Shown: one piece after another, positions 17,012 through 25,795 of the stretch
How positions within the stretch are numbered: position 1 is the first letter of the stretch
Layout: every line of letters begins with the position of its first letter
Source: Bacillota bacterium
GTDB taxonomy: Bacteria > Bacillota > Clostridia > TANB77 > CAG-508
Length of the DNA stretch: 53,748 bases
Reading direction: 5' to 3'
NCBI GenBank assembly: GCA_052036095.1
Contig: JBPOHA010000032.1
Location: 1 to 53,748 of the forward strand
Notes under the pieces: model-generated
What the model was told of the DNA's origin: nothing
Seen by the model: only the letters and a program-made list of their open reading frames with translations
The model's database searches: none
Program-made: the position numbers and the translations under genes

Positions 17012-18778
17012 ATGCTTAAATTATTATTTAAAAACTTTAAGAAAAAAGAGATAATACAAACTATTATTTGTATAGGCTTAGTATTGGTACAGGTATGGCT
17101 AGATTTAAAGTTACCAGATTATATGACGGAGATAACTAAGCTAGTAAAGACTGATGGAACGGAAATTTCAGCGATTTTAAAACAAGGTGGTTATATGCTA
17201 CTTTGTGCTTTTGGCAGTTTAATTTCTGCTGTTATTGTATGTTATTTATGTTCATCAATTTCTGCAAGTTTTTCTAAAAATCTTAGAAAGAAATTATTTA
17301 ATAAAGTTGAAAGTTTTAGTATGGAAGAGATAAATAAATTTTCTACAAGTAGCTTAATTACTAGAACTACTAATGATATAACTAATATTCAAATGCTAGT
17401 ATCTATGGGATTACATATGGTACTTAAAGCACCAATTACAGCTGTATGGGCTATTACTAAGATAGTAGATAAAGGATGGCAATGGAGTGCAATTACTGGT
17501 GCTTCTGTGCTTGTATTAATGGCAACTATTGCTGTAATAATGATTATATTATTGCCAAGATTTAAGAAAGTTCAAAAATTAATTGATAATATAAATGAAC
17601 TTACTAGGGAAAATCTTACAGGTATTAGAGTTGTAAGAGCTTTTAATGCGGAAAAATATCAAGAAGATAAATTTGAAGTTGGGAATGATGAACTAACTAG
17701 GACTCAATCTATTAATCAGAAAACGTTGGCAGTATTGATTCCAGTTATGTATTTAGTAATGAATTTATTGACACTTGGTGTATATTTTGTTGGTGCTAAA
17801 ATGATAAATGATGCTGGTATGATGGATAAGATTACATTATTTAGCAATATGGTTGTTTTTACAAGTTATGCAATGCAAGTTATAATGTCATTTTTAATGC
17901 TTGCTATGATATTTGTAATGTATCCAAGAGCAAGTGTTTCTGCAAAAAGAATTGGGGAAGTTTTAGATACTCATACTAAGATAAAAGATGGTAAAATTGC
18001 AAAATCTGAAAATGGTAAGGTAGGAGAAGTTGAATTTAAAAATGTTTCTTTCAAATATCCTGATTCTGATGAATATGTACTAAATAATATTTCTTTTAAA
18101 GCTAATAAGGGAGATGTTATAGCAATTATTGGCTCAACAGGATCTGGAAAGACTACTCTTGTTAACCTTATACCTAGATTTTATGATACTACTGAAGGAG
18201 AAATTATTGTTGATGGTGTAAATGTAAAAGATTATAAACAAGATGCTTTACATGACAAATTAGGATATGTACCACAGAAAGCTGTAATGTTTAATGGTAG
18301 TGTAAATTATAATGTATCTTATGGTGATAATGGAAGAGGAGAAATCTCAGAAGAAAAGGTTAAAGAAGCAGTAGAAGTAGCACAAGCAAAAGACTTCGTT
18401 GAAAATATGCCTGAAAAATATGATGCTAATATTGCTCGTGGAGGTACAAATGTATCTGGTGGTCAAAAGCAAAGATTAGCAATAGCAAGAGCAATCGCTC
18501 GTGATCCTGAAATTTATATTTTTGATGATTCTTTTAGTGCATTAGATTATAAAACTGATTATTTATTAAGAAATGAACTAAAAAAATATACTAAAGATGC
18601 AACAAATATAATTGTTGCACAAAGAATTGGAACAATATTGAATGCTGATAAAATATTAGTTCTAGAAAATGGTGAATGCGTTGGAATGGGAACTCATAAA
18701 GAGTTACTTGCAAATTGCGAGGTTTACCAAGAAATTGCATATTCACAACTTTCAAAGGAGGAACTAGTAAATGGATAA
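17012..18778 (+). CDS. ABC exporter, fused permease/ATPase subunit 1 (heterodimeric multidrug-type, type IV exporter fold)
   Basis: 588 aa with 6 TM segments plus an NBD. Walker A is GSTGSGKTT, the signature is VSGGQKQRLAIARA and Walker B is IYIFDDSFSALD. Confidence 0.9.
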   Translation: MLKLLFKNFKKKEIIQTIICIGLVLVQVWLDLKLPDYMTEITKLVKTDGTEISAILKQGGYMLLCAFGSLISAVIVCYLCSSISASFSKNLRKKLFNKVESFSMEEINKFSTSSLITRTTNDITNIQMLVSMGLHMVLKAPITAVWAITKIVDKGWQWSAITGASVLVLMATIAVIMIILLPRFKKVQKLIDNINELTRENLTGIRVVRAFNAEKYQEDKFEVGNDELTRTQSINQKTLAVLIPVMYLVMNLLTLGVYFVGAKMINDAGMMDKITLFSNMVVFTSYAMQVIMSFLMLAMIFVMYPRASVSAKRIGEVLDTHTKIKDGKIAKSENGKVGEVEFKNVSFKYPDSDEYVLNNISFKANKGDVIAIIGSTGSGKTTLVNLIPRFYDTTEGEIIVDGVNVKDYKQDALHDKLGYVPQKAVMFNGSVNYNVSYGDNGRGEISEEKVKEAVEVAQAKDFVENMPEKYDANIARGGTNVSGGQKQRLAIARAIARDPEIYIFDDSFSALDYKTDYLLRNELKKYTKDATNIIVAQRIGTILNADKILVLENGECVGMGTHKELLANCEVYQEIAYSQLSKEELVNG

Positions 18779-20600
18779 TGATGAAAATGAAGATTTAAAA
18801 GATACGAAGCCAGCTCCACGTCAGCATGGACCTAATCGTGTACAAGAAAAACCAAAAGATTTAAAAAAGACTTTGAAAAAGTTACGAATATATTTAAAAA
18901 GATTTATGCCTTTGATTATATCAGCACTTATATTAGCAGCTTTAGGTTCAATATTCTCAATAGTAGGACCAAACAAATTAAGCGAAATGACTGATGTTAT
19001 AACAAGTGGAATAATGACCGGAATTGATTTAGAGAAAATAACATCCATTGCAGTATTTTTACTTATACTATATTTAACAAGCGCAGCATTCAACTATTTG
19101 CAAGGTTTTATAATGGCAAAGGTTGCAAATGATTTTGCAAAAGAACTTCGTGCTAAAATATCAATAAAGATAAATAAATTACCTTTAAGATATTTTGATA
19201 CACATAGCTATGGAGATATTTTATCAAGAGTAACAAATGATGTTGATACCATTGGTACAACATTATATCAAAGTTTAGGCACATTGGTAGGAGCAATTAC
19301 ATTATTCTTAGGTTCGATTGTAATGATGTTTTATACTAATTGGATTATGGCTATAACAGGAATAGTTGCATCGATTGTAGGATTTGTTCTAATGGGAATA
19401 ATTCTTGGAAAATCACAAAAGTATTTTAATGCAAGACAGGTTGAACTTGGAAAATTAAATGGACACATTGAAGAAATATATTCGAGTCATAATATTGTTA
19501 AAGCATACAATGGAAAAAAAGAGTCAGATGAAAAATTTGATAAATTCAATGAAAGTGTATATGAATGCAATTTAAAAAGTCAATTCTTATCTGGTTTGAT
19601 GCCACCAATTATGGGATTTACAGGTAATTTTAGCTATGTTGCAGTATGCGTTGTTGGAGCAATACTTGCTATAAATGGAAGTATTTCTTTTGGAGTAATA
19701 GTTGCATTTATGGTATATGTACGTTTGTTTACAAATCCTCTTTCACAGATAGCACTAGGATTAACGAATCTTCAAACAACTGCAGCAGCATCTGAAAGAG
19801 TATTTGAATTTTTAGAAGAACCAGAGATGGATACACAAAAAGATATTACAAAGAAATTGAATTCTAAGAATGCTCAAGGAAATATTGTGTTTGATGATAT
19901 AAAATTTTCTTATGATGACAAAGAATTAGTTATAAAGGATTTTTCATGTAATGTAAAAAGAGGAGAGAAAGTTGCAATAGTAGGGCCAACAGGAGCTGGA
20001 AAAACAACAATGGTAAATCTTCTTATGAAATTTTATAATATCAAAGATGGAGATATTAAGATTGATGGAGTTTCTATAAAAGAATTATCAAGAGAAAATG
20101 TACACGATTTATTTGTAATGGTACTTCAAGATACTTGGTTATTTAATGGTACAATTAGAGATAACATTAGATACAATAAAGCTCATATTACAGATGAGCA
20201 AATTTTAGAGGCTTGTAAAACGGTTGGAATATATAAATTTGTTAAGTCACTTCCAGGAGGCTTAGATTATGAATTAACTGATAGTGATAGTATTTCAGCT
20301 GGACAAAAACAGCTAATTACAATAGCAAGAGGAATGATTGCAAATGCACCTTTCTTGATATTGGATGAAGCTACAAGCAGTGTTGATACACGTACAGAAG
20401 AACTCGTACAAAAAGCTATGGATAAATTAACAGAGGGAAGAACCTCATTTATAATCGCCCATAGATTGTCAACTATTAAAAATGCTGATATTATACTTGT
20501 TATGGATAAAGGTAATATTATTGAGCAAGGAAATCATGAAGAACTTATGGCTAAAAATGGTTTCTATGCAGATTTATATAATTCACAATTTCAAAAATAG
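18771..20600 (+). CDS. ABC exporter, fused permease/ATPase subunit 2
   Basis: 609 aa. Walker A is GPTGAGKTT, the signature is ISAGQKQLITIARG and Walker B is FLILDEATSSVD. It overlaps the upstream partner by 8 nt, which suggests translational coupling. Confidence 0.9.
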   Translation: MDNDENEDLKDTKPAPRQHGPNRVQEKPKDLKKTLKKLRIYLKRFMPLIISALILAALGSIFSIVGPNKLSEMTDVITSGIMTGIDLEKITSIAVFLLILYLTSAAFNYLQGFIMAKVANDFAKELRAKISIKINKLPLRYFDTHSYGDILSRVTNDVDTIGTTLYQSLGTLVGAITLFLGSIVMMFYTNWIMAITGIVASIVGFVLMGIILGKSQKYFNARQVELGKLNGHIEEIYSSHNIVKAYNGKKESDEKFDKFNESVYECNLKSQFLSGLMPPIMGFTGNFSYVAVCVVGAILAINGSISFGVIVAFMVYVRLFTNPLSQIALGLTNLQTTAAASERVFEFLEEPEMDTQKDITKKLNSKNAQGNIVFDDIKFSYDDKELVIKDFSCNVKRGEKVAIVGPTGAGKTTMVNLLMKFYNIKDGDIKIDGVSIKELSRENVHDLFVMVLQDTWLFNGTIRDNIRYNKAHITDEQILEACKTVGIYKFVKSLPGGLDYELTDSDSISAGQKQLITIARGMIANAPFLILDEATSSVDTRTEELVQKAMDKLTEGRTSFIIAHRLSTIKNADIILVMDKGNIIEQGNHEELMAKNGFYADLYNSQFQK

Positions 20601-20633
20601 TATAAAATTATAAGAATTAAGCTTAAAAAAAAT

Positions 20634-20805
20634 AAAACTAAAAGTAGCAGATAAATATTTTATTGTCCTTGCGTCCGACTTGCTTCCTCATGTTACAAAT
20701 CAAAGATTATGTAACTGATTCGTCGTTAGATGCAAGTCGGAAGTCGCGCTTCGCTTGTTCGCTGAGCGCGGACTACTAAAATTTTTATCTGCTATTTTTA
20801 GTTTT
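20634..20805. repeat. 29-bp imperfect inverted repeat clamping a 114-nt GC-rich, internally self-complementary core
   Basis: The arms are AAAACTAAAAGTAGCAGATAAATATTTTA (20634-20662) and TAAAATTTTTATCTGCTATTTTTAGTTTT (20777-20805): 27 Watson-Crick pairs, 1 G-T and 1 mismatch. The core 20663-20776 has 55 G/C of 114 by hand count. It has nested stems, for example TCCGACTTGC (20674-20683) / GCAAGTCGGA (20732-20741). Confidence 0.8.
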
Positions 20806-20834
20806 TGCTATATAAAAAATATATTCTTATAATT

Positions 20835-23522
20835 TTATACAAATTTATTGAGATTTCCATTAGTAAAATCTGCTCCACTAAAAGGTTCATCTAATTTAAC
20901 ATTTTTTAATATATTACATATAGAATCAATATCTTCATCTAATATACTAACTAATAAATTGCTTATAGGAATATCACTATATTTTATAGAAGTAATCTTG
21001 CTATTGTAAATTGTAGTTATTGTTTGAAGATTATCAGGTATAATTCTAAATTTGTATCCTAGTCTATCTTTTAAATAATATTTAGCACTTTCTCTACAAC
21101 CAAGACTGCAAGTTGGATAACATTTATTAGATGATCCTAATAAGCAATATCCAGTATTCATTACAGGTAGTTTTCCATATACCATAAATTCAGTAGAAAG
21201 TGATGAATTTTTTGCTAAATCTTGCAATGTTTTTTTGTCTAATTCAGGAGAAAGCATTACTCTATTAATTCCAAGAGATTTAAGTTCTTCTATTGTATGT
21301 GTATTAAATACATTTAAAGTATAATTAGATACAATATCTAATTTATTAGCATATTTAACCATAAATTCAATTCCAGAAATATTAGATATAACAATTCCTT
21401 TTACACTAAAATCTTTTATATAATCATCTATATTATTAAAGAAAATATTTCTGAAATTATCTTTTTTTATAGTTGGAAGATAGATGTATAATTTTGAATT
21501 TTGTGAAATCATTTTAATAATATCATGATATGATTTATTTAAAAAGAACTTTAATGGTATGTAGATATTATTTAATAATTTGTAATCTAATTTTGAATAA
21601 TCAAAATCTAAATTTATTTCATTTAATAACAGAGAAATTGGTCTATTATTTAGTGAGTTTTCATTTTTTAAAATAGAGCTATTATTTTCATTCAAAGTAT
21701 TGGTGCTATTCGTAATTTCATTATCTATATTAAATTTATTTTCAGATGTTGATGATTCAACATTCAATAAAATAGAATTTTTATCTAAATTTGTATTAAG
21801 TGGAATAGAGTCATTATTATTTGAATCAAAAATATCATTTCTTTCAAATCTTTTTATTGCTTGATTTTCTAAATCTTCTACAATTTCACGTCTTAGTTCA
21901 TTAATTGCAGAAATTTTAGGAATATAAGTATTATCATCTAGCACAATTTTTATATTTTTAAATTCAAAAGGAGTATCAGTTGTTTTATTTAATTGTTCAC
22001 TTATTCTTTCAGCAGTTATAGGACTACTTATGGCATCAATTGGTATAATATCAATTTGCTTATGAGATGCCATTGAGAAATAACTGCCATTTTCAGTATC
22101 CATAGAAAGTACATCAAGTGTAATTGGCAATCCTTTTTTTACAGTCATAACGCATGAAAGAGGTATTTTTTTATTTTCTTTATTTGAAAATTCAGCCACT
22201 TCTTTTGAAAGAGTATTACTGCTTAATTTATAAACTTTGTCTCCTAAATTCAAATTTCCTTTGACTCTACCAATTGTTATAATGTCACCTGGCAAAGCAT
22301 TAGGAATATTTTCATTATTTTTTAGTAATTCTGAAACGGTATATTTATGTTCTTCATGTTCTACAGAAAAATTGTCACCTATTTTTAAAGATTCAGAGGT
22401 TGTGAGTGTTATTAAACTTTTAGTATTATTTATATTAGAAATATTTCCAATATATAATCCTATATTATTAGGTTTTTCTTTATATACATACGAAGTATTA
22501 GGCTCATCTGAGAAATTTCCTTTAGAAAATCCACCACGATTAAATACTAGCATAAGACTTTTTATGTCGTTTTCGTCTACTGTATATGGTTTGTCAGATA
22601 AAGCTAAATCTATATATTTTCTATATATTTTAGTAACTACTGATACATATTCAGGGGGTTTCATTCTACCTTCAATTTTAAAACATTTGACACCTGCTTT
22701 TATTAAATCAGGTATATATTCCAATCCACATAAATCTCTTGGACTTAGCAAATATCCTTTATCTAAAACAGTATAATTATTAGATTGTTCACATATCTTT
22801 TGAGAATTTGCTAAATTATTGTTTAATAAATTAGTATCAAAATTATTTTTTATATTATTGCAAAAAATATTTTTATTACTATTGTCTAATAAATTAGAAT
22901 CTTGATTAATATTTTCTTTTAATAATTCATATGGTAATCGACAAGGCTGTGCACATCGACCACGATTACCAGAACGGCCACCTATTGTACTAGAAAATAA
23001 ACATTGACCAGAATAAGATATGCACAACGCACCATGAATAAAAGTTTCAATTTCAACATTAGAATTATGACAAATATATTCGATCTCTGATAAAGACAAT
23101 TCACGAGAAAGAACGACTCTTTTAAATCCAAGGTTTTGAAGTGCAATAACACCTTGAAGATTATGAGCAGTAATTTGTGTGCTAGCATGAATATCCATAT
23201 CAGGATATTTATTAATAAGATATTTAGCAAATCCTAAATCTTGCACAATTATAGCATCAGCTCCAAGAGTATAAACATAGTTTGCAAGTTTAGCAGCATC
23301 TTCAAATTCATCATCTTTAAGCAAAGTATTTAAAGTAAAATTAATTTTTACATTTCTAAGCTTGGCATATCTAATTGCATTTTTAAGTCCTTCTTCATCA
23401 AAGTTAGAAGCAGAAGTACGTGCATTAAAAAGTTGCCCACCAAAGTAAACGCTATCGGCACCACTTTGAACAGCAGCTTTTAAACATTCAAAATCTCCAA
23501 CAGGAGATAGTAGCTCAATCAT
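20835..23522 (-). CDS. Peptidase U32 family protein, long form with a C-terminal second U32-like half and N-rich insertions
   Basis: N-terminus MIELLSPVGDFECLKAAVQSGADSVYFGG. U32 core segments are HASTQ, VLSRELS, ETFIHGALC.SYSGQC and GRSGNRGRCAQPCR. ATG at 23522 is preceded by GGAGG. The track ORF extends to 23582 but lacks an RBS there. Confidence 0.85.
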   Translation of the reverse strand: MIELLSPVGDFECLKAAVQSGADSVYFGGQLFNARTSASNFDEEGLKNAIRYAKLRNVKINFTLNTLLKDDEFEDAAKLANYVYTLGADAIIVQDLGFAKYLINKYPDMDIHASTQITAHNLQGVIALQNLGFKRVVLSRELSLSEIEYICHNSNVEIETFIHGALCISYSGQCLFSSTIGGRSGNRGRCAQPCRLPYELLKENINQDSNLLDNSNKNIFCNNIKNNFDTNLLNNNLANSQKICEQSNNYTVLDKGYLLSPRDLCGLEYIPDLIKAGVKCFKIEGRMKPPEYVSVVTKIYRKYIDLALSDKPYTVDENDIKSLMLVFNRGGFSKGNFSDEPNTSYVYKEKPNNIGLYIGNISNINNTKSLITLTTSESLKIGDNFSVEHEEHKYTVSELLKNNENIPNALPGDIITIGRVKGNLNLGDKVYKLSSNTLSKEVAEFSNKENKKIPLSCVMTVKKGLPITLDVLSMDTENGSYFSMASHKQIDIIPIDAISSPITAERISEQLNKTTDTPFEFKNIKIVLDDNTYIPKISAINELRREIVEDLENQAIKRFERNDIFDSNNNDSIPLNTNLDKNSILLNVESSTSENKFNIDNEITNSTNTLNENNSSILKNENSLNNRPISLLLNEINLDFDYSKLDYKLLNNIYIPLKFFLNKSYHDIIKMISQNSKLYIYLPTIKKDNFRNIFFNNIDDYIKDFSVKGIVISNISGIEFMVKYANKLDIVSNYTLNVFNTHTIEELKSLGINRVMLSPELDKKTLQDLAKNSSLSTEFMVYGKLPVMNTGYCLLGSSNKCYPTCSLGCRESAKYYLKDRLGYKFRIIPDNLQTITTIYNSKITSIKYSDIPISNLLVSILDEDIDSICNILKNVKLDEPFSGADFTNGNLNKFV

Positions 23523-23669
23523 TATTTCCTCCAAATATTTAAATTTCTCTAAATATTGTAACACAAAAAATACAAATTGCATACTATGTAATATAAAATA
23601 ATTTGTGAGATAAGATATATAAACAGTTATTACATAGAAATTATAATCTCACGAGAAAAGGAGATAATT

Positions 23670-23828
23670 ATGGGTAATGATAATTCTTGCTGTTGCGGAG
23701 GACTAGGAGGAAATTCAAATAATTTTTTAGATGACATATTTAACAATCAAAATACTGAGATACTTTTATTTTTAGTAGTATTTTTACTATTATTTACGAC
23801 TTATGGAAAAAAAGGGTCAATATTATAA
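23670..23828 (+). CDS. Small (52 aa) Cys/Gly-rich hydrophobic peptide, hypothetical
   Basis: Not in the ORF track (under 60 aa). Strong RBS AAAGGAG lies 7 nt before the ATG. Translation is MGNDNSCCCGGLGGNSNNFLDDIFNNQNTEILLFLVVFLLLFTTYGKKGSIL. TATAAT is at 23642-23647. Confidence 0.35.
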   Translation: MGNDNSCCCGGLGGNSNNFLDDIFNNQNTEILLFLVVFLLLFTTYGKKGSIL

Positions 23829-24051
23829 AAGATGTATATAAGACAATTACGAGAAAAAATATTTACTAAAAGTATTACAAAAGTGAACAATATAATATAC
23901 AAAAGCAGAAGTATAACTTAAATTAAATAATAAAAAAGTAAAAATATATTAAAAAAGGTATTGATAAAATATAAAAATATTGATAAGATTAATTAAGTAA
24001 ATTTTCGTAATTAAATTCATAGTAATATAAAGTTAGATATAAGGTAAAATT

Positions 24052-25320
24052 ATGATAAAAAAACATTATTTTTTAAAATATATAATTTCAACAATAATAG
24101 CCATAGCCATAGTTATAGCTGTTATTTTTGGTATTAAAATAACAAAAAACAATTCACTAGCAGCAACCACAAAAGGCAATCAATTAGAAAATATATCAAA
24201 TTCCGTCACATTAAATAATATGACAGAAGATTCAATAATACAAATTGAGGCACAGAAAAATAACAAAGATATAGACTTAGAAAATATAGTATTAAAAAAT
24301 CAAGAATATATTATTACTGAAAAGATAGAAAGACAAGAAGTAGATTTAGAATATACAACTCAATATAGGGAAAATAATTCATTAGCTAAAGGAAAAATTC
24401 AAACTTTACAAGAAGGAAATGATGGAAAACAAGATGCAATTGTAAAGAAAATTTATAGAAATGGGGAACTTGTTTCATTAGAACAAATATCTTCAGAAGT
24501 AAAAAAAGTAGCAGTAGACAAGATAGTAGAGATAGGGACAGCTTCTTTTTCTAGCAATTATGTACCAATTATGGGGGACAAGCTTAAGGTAACGTCAAGT
24601 AGCTTAGCTATTAGAGTTACACCAGATAGCAATTCTGAAAAAATAATTACAATAGATAAAAATTCAGAAGTAACTTTAAAAGATAAGCAAGATGGGTGGT
24701 ATTATATATCATATGAAAGCTATATTGGATGGATTCCAACTGATTGTGTAACATATGTTGATCCAAATTCAGGCAGTGATGGCGATGGAAATAATATTCA
24801 ATATTCAAAAGAACAACTTTCACAAGACCTTGGAATAAGTATGTTATTAAATAAAAAAAGTGGACTAACATTAGAGCAATTTAGAAAGATTTTATCAAAT
24901 GATACTAATGATAAAGAAGGAGTATTTACAAGCATAGCAGACTACTTTTATTATGTAGAGCAACAATATAACATTAATGGAATATTTGTTGCAGCAGTTG
25001 GAATACATGAAAGCGGATGGGGAACATCATCTATATCAAAAAATAAGAAAAATCTATTTGGATATGGAGCATATGATAGAGATCCATCAGGAAGTGCAGC
25101 TACTTTTGAAACGTACCAAGAGGGAGTAGATTTGGTATCAAGAGTACTTGTTAAGTATTACATAAATCCAATAGGAACGTCAATATACAGTGGAGAAACA
25201 GCGACTGGAACTTATTATAAAGGCTCAACATTAACTGCTGTAAATAAAACTTATGCAAGTGATACTAATTGGGCAAATGCTGTATACAAATGGATGATGT
25301 ATTTATATAATAAATTATAA
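24052..25320 (+). CDS. Cell-wall hydrolase: TM anchor + G5 domain + SH3b domain + glucosaminidase (GH73-like) domain
   Basis: G5-like segment: TTQYRENNSLAKGKIQTLQEGNDGKQDAIVKKIYRNGELV. SH3b-like segment: LAIRVTPDSNSEKIITIDKNSEVTLKDKQDGWYYISYESYIGWIP. Glucosaminidase segment: FVAAVGIHESGWGTS...NLFGYGAYD. Confidence 0.8.
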   Translation: MIKKHYFLKYIISTIIAIAIVIAVIFGIKITKNNSLAATTKGNQLENISNSVTLNNMTEDSIIQIEAQKNNKDIDLENIVLKNQEYIITEKIERQEVDLEYTTQYRENNSLAKGKIQTLQEGNDGKQDAIVKKIYRNGELVSLEQISSEVKKVAVDKIVEIGTASFSSNYVPIMGDKLKVTSSSLAIRVTPDSNSEKIITIDKNSEVTLKDKQDGWYYISYESYIGWIPTDCVTYVDPNSGSDGDGNNIQYSKEQLSQDLGISMLLNKKSGLTLEQFRKILSNDTNDKEGVFTSIADYFYYVEQQYNINGIFVAAVGIHESGWGTSSISKNKKNLFGYGAYDRDPSGSAATFETYQEGVDLVSRVLVKYYINPIGTSIYSGETATGTYYKGSTLTAVNKTYASDTNWANAVYKWMMYLYNKL

Positions 25321-25328
25321 AATTTTAC

Positions 25329-25357
25329 TTGATATTTTATAAAACTTAGTGTATGAT
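25329..25357 (+). promoter_or_regulatory. Putative promoter of the 25399-30323 gene set (TTGATA-N17-TATGAT)
   Basis: TTGATA at 25329-25334 and TATGAT at 25352-25357 with a 17-nt spacer. GGAGG RBS precedes the 25399 start. Confidence 0.35.
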
Positions 25358-25398
25358 AATATAGAAAGAAAAAATGGACATAATAATAGGAGGAGAAA

Positions 25399-25791
25399 AT
25401 GATGAAAAGGACAATCATTGTTATTACTATTTTCTTAAGTATTCTAAGTGTTGGTTCAGTATATGCAGAAACAATTTCAAATCAGACTAAGAGCCAGTTA
25501 ATAGAAATTAAAGATAATGAATTAAAGTCAATGGAAGATTATCAACAAGCCTACGGAAATACTACATACGGAACAGTAGCTTATGTACTTAATAAAGTTA
25601 GAATATATAGTATTCCTTTTGCAATATTAGGAATAGCAATAAGTGCTATTTATGAATATGTAATAGGATTAAGGCATGCAGAATCAAGAGATAAAGGATT
25701 CAATTCAATGATAGCAATAGTAACTTTGCTAGTAATATGCCAAGTATTGCCATTAATATTTGCTATCATAGTAAAAGGTTGGAGGGGTTAA
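25399..25791 (+). CDS. Small membrane protein: signal peptide plus two TM helices, hypothetical
   Basis: 130 aa. Signal-like N-terminus is IIVITIFLSILSVGSVYA. Two hydrophobic helices follow (IPFAILGIAISAIYEYVIGL and MIAIVTLLVICQVLPLIFAIIV). The stop is 4 nt before the next start. Confidence 0.6.
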   Translation: MMKRTIIVITIFLSILSVGSVYAETISNQTKSQLIEIKDNELKSMEDYQQAYGNTTYGTVAYVLNKVRIYSIPFAILGIAISAIYEYVIGLRHAESRDKGFNSMIAIVTLLVICQVLPLIFAIIVKGWRG

Positions 25792-25795
25792 ACAA

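Noticed and set aside
20663-20720. 17-codon minus-strand ORF (MRKQVGRKDNKIFICYF) inside the GC-rich element
   Set aside because: It has no RBS and lies within strongly paired sequence. It is most likely fortuitous.
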